Virus record (IMG/VR): IMGVR_UViG_3300045006_000216
Location: 1-32,567 of that record
Strand: one strand, 5' to 3'
Source of the DNA: a virus
Taxonomy: Duplodnaviria; Caudoviricetes
Length of the DNA: 32,567 nt
Part shown: positions 7,800-16,171 of the stretch, piece after piece
Numbering within the stretch: the first letter of the stretch is position 1
Layout of the letters: the number at the start of each line of letters is the position of its first letter
The notes under the pieces: model-generated
What the model saw: the letters and a program-made list of their open reading frames with translations, nothing else
The model's database searches: none
What the model was told of the DNA's origin: nothing
Position numbers and translations under genes: made by a program

Positions 7800-8024
7800 A
7801 TGGGCTATGACCTGAGTGAAGACCAGTACCTTCGGATCCTCTCCAGACTTACAGCTGTTGAGGAGGCCTTCAACGACCTGGCTACTGCTCTGTCCAGGTA
7901 TGCCTCTGTCTCACAGGTACAGGAGCTGCTGGTGGTCAACAAGGCAGCTATCGACGAAGTAACGGAGCAGGTAGATGCCCTTGAAGAGCGTGTTACCGCG
8001 ATTGAGGAAGAGCCGCTCCAATAG
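7800..8024 (+). CDS. small acidic coiled-coil protein (74 aa)
   Basis: Heptad pattern IDEVTEQVDALEERVTAIEE; starts 6 nt after the previous stop. Confidence 0.7.
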   Translation: MGYDLSEDQYLRILSRLTAVEEAFNDLATALSRYASVSQVQELLVVNKAAIDEVTEQVDALEERVTAIEEEPLQ

Positions 8025-8736
8025 CGGGCTCACTACTCCAGTCAGGTATGCTAATGTAGCCCCTTATAGGGCGCTGATCGTCCGAGAGAACGGCTGGGAC
8101 GAAGGCATTCTGCGCTCTATCATTGAACATGACGAATACCTGCTCCGCCGTATTGGGGACGACATCAACCGGCCACCATTCGTAGTGGATGTGGGTGGTC
8201 ATATAGGCTCCTTCGTACTAGCCGTAAAGGCCCTGTACCCTGGAGCCACTGTACACACCTTCGAGCCTCTCTTTGAGGCGTTCCAGCTCCTGAGAGCCAA
8301 TACACAAGAGCTGCGAGGCGTGCACTCCTGGAACATTGCTGTGGTCCAGAAGGGTTACGCTACTCGACCAGTAGTGACAGCCTTCGGCGGAGAGAGAGTC
8401 TTCCTCTCTGCCTCCTTCTCTGGCAGCGACTTACCCTCTGTGCCACTACAGGACATTCTCGGGATTCAGGAGGCAAGGAGCATCGACCTTCTCAAGCTCG
8501 ACTGCGAAGGGACAGAAGGAAATATCCTGTGGCACATGCCGGACGACCTCCTGTCAAAAGTAGTCCGGCTCCGGATGGAGCTGCACCTTCCAGCAGCTCT
8601 AGAACTGTCAGCCTCGTTCAAAGAGCTGAAGGCCCGGATCCTCGACAGATTCACTGACGAGTACCCAGACAGGATTCAACTCTCTGAATTCAAGGGAGAA
8701 TCCCCTCTCAATACCTTCTTCCTCAAGAGGAGATGA
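7975..8736 (+). CDS. FkbM-family SAM-dependent methyltransferase
   Basis: VVDVGGHIGSF (motif I), VHTFEP...LLRAN and IDLLKLDCEGTE. The true start codon is uncertain. Confidence 0.88.
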   Translation: MPLKSVLPRLRKSRSNSGLTTPVRYANVAPYRALIVRENGWDEGILRSIIEHDEYLLRRIGDDINRPPFVVDVGGHIGSFVLAVKALYPGATVHTFEPLFEAFQLLRANTQELRGVHSWNIAVVQKGYATRPVVTAFGGERVFLSASFSGSDLPSVPLQDILGIQEARSIDLLKLDCEGTEGNILWHMPDDLLSKVVRLRMELHLPAALELSASFKELKARILDRFTDEYPDRIQLSEFKGESPLNTFFLKRR

Positions 8737-9379
8737 CAGGTCTCTTGCCAGAAGACAATCTGGGAGGGGAATAGCCGAAGTTCTCTACATCCTCTCTGTA
8801 GAACTCTCCCACCAAGTCTCTGGTTTTCTTGTCATAATAGGTGCTGTAGGGCCTGTGCTGTGTAGCGTTGATCCGACAGAGAGGGGTCAGGGCGCGGAGT
8901 CCATGCTCCTGGCACATCCTGGCAAACTCAGAGGCGAAGTCCTCGAACCTGTAAACGGCAATTCCCTCCTCTACCCAACAGCTACAAGGCAGACCGAGGC
9001 AGGCTAGAGGACTTGCGCGTACTGCCTGTAGAGGATCCTCCATGAATCTGATTGTAAAGTCCCTGAAAGAGAACTCCTCTAGCGTCACTCCACATCTTCT
9101 TAAGTGAGCCCACAAGGACACGAACCTGTCCCAGGGATTCCTGACGAAGGCTGCCTTGCGGACCCTCTTATAGAGCTCTGGGTACAGCTGTTTGAGCTCA
9201 CAGGGCAGTACATGTGCTCTGTTGATGCGGAGATCCAGCCTGCCCCAAGTGCGCTGGTTCAGGCCAGCATAATGGACTCCCATATTCTCTTCCTGAAACC
9301 CTGCCAGAGCTGCCTCTACGGAGAACCCACCTGTCTTGGGAACGTGGAAGAACATGAACTTGTAGGCAGGGAAGTACAT
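8723..9379 (-). CDS. sulfotransferase (Sulfotransfer_2-like, carbohydrate sulfotransferase type)
   Basis: FFHVPKTGGFSV (5'-phosphosulfate-binding loop), FVRNPWDRFVS (3'-phosphate-binding motif), and C-terminal YREDVENFGY. Confidence 0.88.
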   Translation of the reverse strand: MYFPAYKFMFFHVPKTGGFSVEAALAGFQEENMGVHYAGLNQRTWGRLDLRINRAHVLPCELKQLYPELYKRVRKAAFVRNPWDRFVSLWAHLRRCGVTLEEFSFRDFTIRFMEDPLQAVRASPLACLGLPCSCWVEEGIAVYRFEDFASEFARMCQEHGLRALTPLCRINATQHRPYSTYYDKKTRDLVGEFYREDVENFGYSPPRLSSGKRPVISS

Positions 9380-10353
9380 CAGCCCTTGAGCCTCTTCAGG
9401 TCATGCTCGTACATCTCCTCCAGGAGCTTGGCCCAGGTATAGGTAGGTGTCCATCCCAGGGTTGTCTTGATCTTCTTCGGGTTCCCAAGCAGATAGGGCA
9501 CATCAGATGGACGCATGAAGCGTTCATCTTTTTCGTACACCTCGTCAGGGTCCAGGTGAGCCAGCTCACACACGTACCTCAGCATCTCATCTATAGTAGC
9601 TCCTCTTCCTGTAGCCACAATGAAGTCGTCAGGTCTGGAGGCTGTGAGGATAAGGTGCATGGCTGCTACATAGTCTTTGGAGTGCCCTTCATCCCGGAAG
9701 ACAGTGAGGTTCCCCATCTTGAGGGTCTCCTGTCTCCCACTCTTAATGCTGGCAACTCCATAGGTAATCTTGCGTGTAGCGAAGTCCATCCCTCTCCTCG
9801 GACTCGAGTGATTGAACAGGATCCCATTGCAGGCGAACATCCCGTAGGCCTCTCTGTAGTTCACAACAGCATGGTAGGCTGCTGCCTTGGCCATGGCGTA
9901 AGGGCTACGAGGATGGAGAGGAGACTCCTCTGTGTAGCCGGTCCCCGGACAGGCAAGTCCTCCAAACAGCTCACTTGTGGAGGCTTGATAGAACCGGGTG
10001 TCCTTGGAGAGGAGTCTTAGAGCTTCAAGCTGAGAGAGAACGGCCTTGGCATTGGTATCGAAAGTCTCGAGTGGGGTGTCGAAGCTATGTCGAACATGGC
10101 TTTGGGCTGCGAGGTTATACCACTCTAAGGGTTTGTATTCGTCTGCAAGCCTGTAGATGAAGGCAGCATCTGTGATGTCGCCGAACTCGAGCAGGAGTCT
10201 CCTGTTATTCAGCAGATGCCGGATATTTGTGAGGCCATCATCTACTGACTTCCTGCGGGTGATCCCAATGACCCTGTAGTCTTTGGACAGAAGCAGCTCG
10301 GCAAGGTAGGAGCCGTCTTGACCAGCGATACCTGTGATGACTGCGTTCCTCAT
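9379..10353 (-). CDS. gmd: GDP-mannose 4,6-dehydratase
   Basis: ITGIAGQDGSYLAELLL, NLAAQSHV, FYQASTSELFG, PRSPYAMAK (YxxxK), GILFNHxSPRRG, TRKIT. Confidence 0.96.
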   Translation of the reverse strand: MRNAVITGIAGQDGSYLAELLLSKDYRVIGITRRKSVDDGLTNIRHLLNNRRLLLEFGDITDAAFIYRLADEYKPLEWYNLAAQSHVRHSFDTPLETFDTNAKAVLSQLEALRLLSKDTRFYQASTSELFGGLACPGTGYTEESPLHPRSPYAMAKAAAYHAVVNYREAYGMFACNGILFNHSSPRRGMDFATRKITYGVASIKSGRQETLKMGNLTVFRDEGHSKDYVAAMHLILTASRPDDFIVATGRGATIDEMLRYVCELAHLDPDEVYEKDERFMRPSDVPYLLGNPKKIKTTLGWTPTYTWAKLLEEMYEHDLKRLKG

Positions 10354-12407
10354 CAGAGTGCTCCGATCAGCTTCTGGGCTGTGAGATCCCAGGTCTCGTG
10401 ATGTCTGATCCAGTCAGAGCACATCCTACCATACTCATGTACCTCATCCGGATGATCCACAGCATGTTGCATGAGCCTCTTCAGGTCCTCGACATCTGGC
10501 TCAGCCCAGTGTCCGAAGTCTCTGCTCCCATTTTGCAAAAGATAACTAGGAATTTGGGCAAACCAATCACATGTGACCTGGGCAGACCGTAAGAGGTAGT
10601 TGAACGGAAGCCTCATGATGCTTTCCATTCCTAGCCAATCTGTGGCGATCACGGGCATTCCTGAAGCCATAGCCTCTCTGGGAGGTAGCCCAAACCCTTC
10701 CCCCCTTGATGGAAACAGGAAGCAGTCTGCCCCATGCAGCAGCCTCAACATCTCCTCGGCGGTGTATCTCTCAACAATCACCCTGATGTTAGGTCCCAGC
10801 TTGCTCTCGTCTATACCACCTGCTGCTGTGCTCTTCAAGATCAGCTCTACGTCTTTCCTCCCCCCGAACAACTCGTTGAAGCAGTCTACAACCAGAGACC
10901 CTCCCTTTCTGCCAGCACCTATTGCCGAGGCATAGAAAATAAACCGGAACGGCCTTTCCTTTTCTCTCTCCTTGTATCTCCAGACTTTAGGGTCGATCCC
11001 CAAAGGTACTACTTCAATAGGGATCCTGACACCTGAGTCCCTAGCCACCTTTACCAGACCGTTACAGGGAACCAGCAGCTTGTCATATTGGTTGATGACT
11101 CCGAACCAGGAGGTAGGGAGCCTGTCGGTCTCCCACATGGTAAAGGCGTAACGTCTCTTGCACCTCAAAGAGATAGGATCTGGGGGAGTAGGTGGCCAGT
11201 AGATGACGCAGTAGTCGGCGGCTGGTGGCTCTATTGCGATCAGCTTGGAGAGTCCTGGTGGAGTGAGTCTCTCCCAACCAGGCTCTATGAAGGTAGGCTG
11301 GTAGAAGACTCTGTCCAGCTGCCTGCTCAAGGCGAGTACCATTTGTGTAGCTGAGTTCCCGTATCCGTCTACAGGCCTGAGATGGGATCTAAAGAGGAGA
11401 CTTCTTTTGCGATCCCTATTCCTCAGCCTGATTCCACTGGGGCCGGCATATAGCTTTATGGCCTCAGTGGCTACCTCCTTGACTCCGAGATCCTTCATGC
11501 AGAGATTATCGGGGCACTCCTCGTACCAGCAGTCACGACATCTTCTGTCACTTTGTAGGGCCCTGTGTGTGGGGTAATGGTTGATCCTGCTGTCTGGAGG
11601 GATAGGCCCTGAGAGGACGAGAGTGGGTACTCCCAATGCCGCAGCCACATGCATCGGCCCAGAATCAGGGCACACAAGCAGGTCACACCTATCGATCAGA
11701 GCAGCCAGTTCCCTGAACGACCCAGGATTGAGTACCTTGATTTTCTCAGTTTGAGTCCAGCCCCTTCCGTTCTCCTCGTCGAAGACCAATACATCCATCA
11801 GGCCACTGAGTTCTACAGCCAGAGCCTTGTAGTTCTCCACAGGCCAGCAGCGCCTTGGGTCCAGAGAACGCAAGTGCAATCCTATTATCTTCCTGCTCCC
11901 AAAACCCATGGAAGATACCACCCTCTCTGCAGTGGAACTCTCAGACTCCTCTACTTCGTAAAAAGGTATCTTGTTCTCTACCTCCTTCAACCCAAGAGCC
12001 CTGGCAAAGATATCGATCCTGTTGATGAAGGGGAGTCCTCTTCCTTCATATCGAGCGCAGACACTTGACACGTCAACATACATACTATAGGCCCGTCTAT
12101 CCACGAAACGGGCATCTACGAATCTGTCGATGAAGGGAGCGTTTCTGACCACGTCCCTATAACTATCTCCTCCCCGGCTATCCCTTCCAAGAGCCAGAGT
12201 CAGCTCGGAGCTTCTAAATCTCTCTTTCAAGGCTCTCAGAGCCGGGGTCAGCATAAGGATATCCCCGATCCTGCCGTTCGATCTGACTACACAGATCTTC
12301 GCTGCCGACTCTGGAAGTTTCACAACAGGAGCTCTGGACTGAGTCCTTATCTCCCGCTGTGGGACGACCTTCTTAGCCTTGAAGAGAGCTGGTCTCCTTC
12401 GGCGCAC
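10353..12407 (-). CDS. fused double glycosyltransferase: N-terminal GT9 (heptosyltransferase-like) plus C-terminal GT4
   Basis: N-half has IGDILMLTPALRALK and DSGPMHVAAALGVPT plus a 4-Cys tail (GT9). C-half has DGYG, TMWETD, PSRGEGFGLPPREAMASGMPVIAT (E-x7-E) and WAEPD (GT4). GTG start with a GGAG RBS. Confidence 0.92.
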   Translation of the reverse strand: MRRRRPALFKAKKVVPQREIRTQSRAPVVKLPESAAKICVVRSNGRIGDILMLTPALRALKERFRSSELTLALGRDSRGGDSYRDVVRNAPFIDRFVDARFVDRRAYSMYVDVSSVCARYEGRGLPFINRIDIFARALGLKEVENKIPFYEVEESESSTAERVVSSMGFGSRKIIGLHLRSLDPRRCWPVENYKALAVELSGLMDVLVFDEENGRGWTQTEKIKVLNPGSFRELAALIDRCDLLVCPDSGPMHVAAALGVPTLVLSGPIPPDSRINHYPTHRALQSDRRCRDCWYEECPDNLCMKDLGVKEVATEAIKLYAGPSGIRLRNRDRKRSLLFRSHLRPVDGYGNSATQMVLALSRQLDRVFYQPTFIEPGWERLTPPGLSKLIAIEPPAADYCVIYWPPTPPDPISLRCKRRYAFTMWETDRLPTSWFGVINQYDKLLVPCNGLVKVARDSGVRIPIEVVPLGIDPKVWRYKEREKERPFRFIFYASAIGAGRKGGSLVVDCFNELFGGRKDVELILKSTAAGGIDESKLGPNIRVIVERYTAEEMLRLLHGADCFLFPSRGEGFGLPPREAMASGMPVIATDWLGMESIMRLPFNYLLRSAQVTCDWFAQIPSYLLQNGSRDFGHWAEPDVEDLKRLMQHAVDHPDEVHEYGRMCSDWIRHHETWDLTAQKLIGAL

Positions 12408-12419
12408 TCAGACTCCACG

Positions 12420-14180
12420 CTAGTACTTGAAGGTTACCCGTGTCCCGATAAACCAGACTGTAGCATTGTCGAGAGCGAACTCTCCTGTCTGATCAATGCC
12501 ATTATAGGGTGGACCTGCTGGAGGGCTGACTCCGATCCTGATATTGATAGGACCGCTGCTGCTTGGATTGAGAGCGATAAGCCCTGAATCCAGCTGGTAG
12601 TGAGTGAGTCCTGCTTCACCAGCAGGCACTGCACTGCTTTGTTTGTCGATAGCAGGTCCCCAAACTCCTGGAGGAGCTATTGGCTCACCGTGGATCAGCA
12701 GCTTTCCATCTGGGATACAGCCATAGGCGGCGGCCACTCCTCCCTCACCCACCTGGAATCTAAAGGCGAAGTTCCCTCCAGCGCCACCTGCCCAGGTATC
12801 GGGCAGTACGAAGTGGGCGATAATCCTTAGGGCAGTAGCATGCAACCCACTCTCGTTACTGGAGTTGGAGATGGTTGTCATGATCCTTTCATCATGGAGA
12901 TCGGTGGCGTTTGCATCTGTGATGAAGGCTACGTACTTGAATGAGAGCTCCTCATCGTAGACTGTTCCTCCTAGGTAGTCATAGAGTCCTTGGACAATGG
13001 GGATGATTGGTGGTCCTGGATCTCTGATGTTGATAGGAGCCTCTGTAGAGCCGATGAACCTATCGGGGAGGAGGAAGTGGTAACCCATGTTCCAGGTAGG
13101 AGTCACAGCCTCCCAATTAGGTCCAACGTAAGTAAGCACCTGACCAGCGACAGGTGCTGGGGCATTTACATCAGTCAGATCGTCCAGGGCCAGACTCACA
13201 TCAAGATCGATGGTGTCGGCTGCTGGAGTCAGAACGACATGTGTTGATGTGGAAGTGAGGCTCCTGAACCTGAGGAGCCATTCACAAGGATTCACGCCAG
13301 CTATTTTGTCCTTGTAGAGTTCAGCGCCACCTCCCACATTATCTCCCAGGATCGTCTCGATGCTGTTATCCAGAACAGCGACTGCCTCTTCTAGAGACAT
13401 GGCATCTGCGATGTAGCAGAGAGAGGGTACCCAGTCTGTGTAGGTAGGAGAGCAGTCTCCAGCTCCTGCAGCTCCGATGAAGGTTCTGATGCAGTTCAGA
13501 TCGGCAGGCAGATCAGTGATGTAGACCTGGTCGAGAGTTGTATCCAGGATGATCTGAGAGAGACGCACAGTCAGGGATAGGGCCGGATACGCCGGCTCGC
13601 CAGTGAAGGTCAGGCCGGTTCCTGGGAAGCCGTTGATCAGCTGGGTTCCGATCTCCTCGACATGCCTTGCCAAGGAGTACATCAGATCAGGGTTGCCGTC
13701 ACAGGAGAGGGTATAGTCGGGACCCAGTGTGTCTTCAGCAAGCTGAGCCAGGTTCAGGGAGAGACAGGCAATAGCTGCTGTGAGGACCGAGTCATCATAG
13801 GTAGAGCTGGTAGCCGAGACCTTGTTGATAGAGTTCTGGAGAGTAGCAATCTGGGAAAGCAGGCAGTCAAATGTCTCCTTGATGGAGGCGGGTTGGCTGA
13901 TGGCGCTATTCCAGTAGCAGGTATCGCTGTTCTCTGTGGCTTCTCCGTAGGTGGTAATGGTGCGTCCTTCGAGGCCGCATACCAGCACATCGTTCTTTAG
14001 TGGACCACTTCTCAAGGAGTAGAAGGCCGGGTAGATGATGTAGTTATAGGCATAGATCAGAGAGGCCAGATCTGTCTTCACGTTCACTTGGAAACTGGCT
14101 CTGTCTCCTTCAGTAGAGAGTCTGCCGGTATTCGCTCCTGAAGTCTGCTTCAGGGTAACAAGCATCTTGTCGAAATCCAT
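12420..14180 (-). CDS. fibre-like virion protein (586 aa)
   Basis: NVGGGAELYKDK...LRFRSL and LDDLTDVNAPAPVAGQVLTY...W motifs typical of phage fibres; Gly/Pro-rich beta C-terminus; last gene of the structural run. Confidence 0.6.
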   Translation of the reverse strand: MDFDKMLVTLKQTSGANTGRLSTEGDRASFQVNVKTDLASLIYAYNYIIYPAFYSLRSGPLKNDVLVCGLEGRTITTYGEATENSDTCYWNSAISQPASIKETFDCLLSQIATLQNSINKVSATSSTYDDSVLTAAIACLSLNLAQLAEDTLGPDYTLSCDGNPDLMYSLARHVEEIGTQLINGFPGTGLTFTGEPAYPALSLTVRLSQIILDTTLDQVYITDLPADLNCIRTFIGAAGAGDCSPTYTDWVPSLCYIADAMSLEEAVAVLDNSIETILGDNVGGGAELYKDKIAGVNPCEWLLRFRSLTSTSTHVVLTPAADTIDLDVSLALDDLTDVNAPAPVAGQVLTYVGPNWEAVTPTWNMGYHFLLPDRFIGSTEAPINIRDPGPPIIPIVQGLYDYLGGTVYDEELSFKYVAFITDANATDLHDERIMTTISNSSNESGLHATALRIIAHFVLPDTWAGGAGGNFAFRFQVGEGGVAAAYGCIPDGKLLIHGEPIAPPGVWGPAIDKQSSAVPAGEAGLTHYQLDSGLIALNPSSSGPINIRIGVSPPAGPPYNGIDQTGEFALDNATVWFIGTRVTFKY

Positions 14181-16171
14181 CAGATCACCCTCAACTTGAA
14201 GGAATTCACTACAGGACTCACTCTGTCATCCATAGTAACCAGATCCAGCCTTACATACAACCTGTTGGACTCGTCAGCCTGCTGTACATAGCCTACCGCA
14301 ATCCTCTCACTATGCCAGGAAGCATCAGAGGGATCTACCTTGACCTTGATGTAGAGAGACCCGTCATAGTTCTCTACCGTGTAGACAGATAGATTCCCGT
14401 CACTCTCCCCAAATCTCTCTGGAGTGACATACTCCATCCACCTGCCGTAATACTCGTCACTCCCCGTATAGACCTGATCTCCTACAAACCCTGCCAGATA
14501 CCCATACCCCTCGATCAATAACTTGTGGTTATGGGGATAAAGCGGATCCTTCGTCTTCAACTCGTTCAGGTTCAGAAGCCCTGACTCTACTTCTCTCCAG
14601 TTCTTGGCATTGGTCGAGAACCTGTGCCAGCCCTCAGAGACATGTACACTCCCTGTCACCTGCCTGCCATCTACCTCAGCTGTCGAACTCCCCAGATCAA
14701 TAACCCTCCCCCCAGGATGCTCAAGCCTGAAAACACAAGCATAGGTCCCAGTTGCCCTGTCAAGAGTCCACCCTGAAGGAGCACCGTATGTACGGACCTC
14801 GTCTTGTGGGGTATCTCTTTTCAGCAGGAGAGTGCGCTGTTGGAACTTAGGGACCTCGCTATCTGGGATGTACAGGTTACAGAGAGCTTCTGTCCCGTTA
14901 CGCAGGTCTATGTTGGGAGGTGGAGTCCCAACGAGGGAGTCCCGGTGGCTGCTTCCTTCGACAAATTCTCCAGAGGAGCTGGAGTCTGTCTTGCTGAAGG
15001 AGACGATACTCCCAGTAGAGCCACTGTAGGCTGCATGGTACCAGGTCTCGTCATCTTTGGAGACGAACAGGTTGACACTGGTCTTGTCAGGGCATCTGGT
15101 GCAGACCCCATCTTTGGCAGAGAGAAGAGAGAAGTAGACCGGCTCCCCGTACTCGTTCACTACCTCATAGGGACCCAGGTAGATCACGGACTCCCTGGAG
15201 ACATCATATCTGCTTGTCAGGAGTTCGATTACATCGAGCCCGAAGACGTACTCTCCACTGTTCCCGAGAATACTGTCAGCAGCATCCTTGTAAAGGACGA
15301 GTCGAAGCTTCTTGACAGTCTCTCCCAGCCCGAACAGGTTCTCTCCATGCTCCAAGACTCTGCCTGTAGAGTCCTTTGTAGCATAGGACTGACCATCAAC
15401 ACTGTAGTACAAGAGCCCATAGGTCTTGCTATTGGCAGAAACAGGAACTCCTGTCACTCTTACATCACTGATCTCAACTCCATCTGGCTCCTTGAGGTCC
15501 AGATCCAGGGCACACCCAACCAGTCCTGAGATGTTTGTGGTCTGGATGTGGTACTCCCAGACCCGACCATCCTTCTCCTTGAGGTTGGTCAGGGGATGCA
15601 GGGAGGCAGCTGACGAGATCCCATCCCCGAAGTGGGAGACACTGAAGGCAGTATCCTCTAGGGAGAAGAGAGAGTAATCGTTGCGCCTGACAGTGACATA
15701 CCCCGACTCTACAGAGGCCGTAGTGCGGCTGTGGTCAACAAACTCATGGGTATCAAAGCTCTCACTGATCCCATAGGTAAACAGGTCCTCCCCATCCTCA
15801 CTGAGAACCATGTTGTCTACCTGCTTCTCGATTCCCCTCAAGAGCTTCATCGCCCTGTCAGTAGTAGCCCTCAAGCCCCTGAAGGAATCTTCCAGCTGAG
15901 TACTCAGCACGTCAAGACGCTCGTGCAGTACCGAGATATCAGTGTCGAAGGCCTCCCGGTTTGTGTTCTCGACAGCAGATGAAGACTCCCCTCTGAAACC
16001 CGGGCATGTTACATCAGTCCCACAGAACCCGACCTCCTCTAGAGTGGGCCTCTCAAGCAGGGCATCTCTCAATAGTTCCGTGAGCTGGTGCTTGTTCGGG
16101 GAGGCATTATTCTCCCCTACATAATCCCTGATGAGCTTGGCTCTTAGAGCTTTCAGGTAGATCTTGTTCAT
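14180..16171 (-). CDS. virion structural protein (663 aa), paralogue 3
   Basis: Acidic and beta-rich; 1-nt stop/start overlaps at both ends; shares motifs with the two upstream genes. Confidence 0.65.
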   Translation of the reverse strand: MNKIYLKALRAKLIRDYVGENNASPNKHQLTELLRDALLERPTLEEVGFCGTDVTCPGFRGESSSAVENTNREAFDTDISVLHERLDVLSTQLEDSFRGLRATTDRAMKLLRGIEKQVDNMVLSEDGEDLFTYGISESFDTHEFVDHSRTTASVESGYVTVRRNDYSLFSLEDTAFSVSHFGDGISSAASLHPLTNLKEKDGRVWEYHIQTTNISGLVGCALDLDLKEPDGVEISDVRVTGVPVSANSKTYGLLYYSVDGQSYATKDSTGRVLEHGENLFGLGETVKKLRLVLYKDAADSILGNSGEYVFGLDVIELLTSRYDVSRESVIYLGPYEVVNEYGEPVYFSLLSAKDGVCTRCPDKTSVNLFVSKDDETWYHAAYSGSTGSIVSFSKTDSSSSGEFVEGSSHRDSLVGTPPPNIDLRNGTEALCNLYIPDSEVPKFQQRTLLLKRDTPQDEVRTYGAPSGWTLDRATGTYACVFRLEHPGGRVIDLGSSTAEVDGRQVTGSVHVSEGWHRFSTNAKNWREVESGLLNLNELKTKDPLYPHNHKLLIEGYGYLAGFVGDQVYTGSDEYYGRWMEYVTPERFGESDGNLSVYTVENYDGSLYIKVKVDPSDASWHSERIAVGYVQQADESNRLYVRLDLVTMDDRVSPVVNSFKLRVI

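Noticed and set aside
8700-8750. Bidirectional terminator at the convergence point
   Set aside because: Only weak 4-6 bp stems are present, with no U-tract on either strand.
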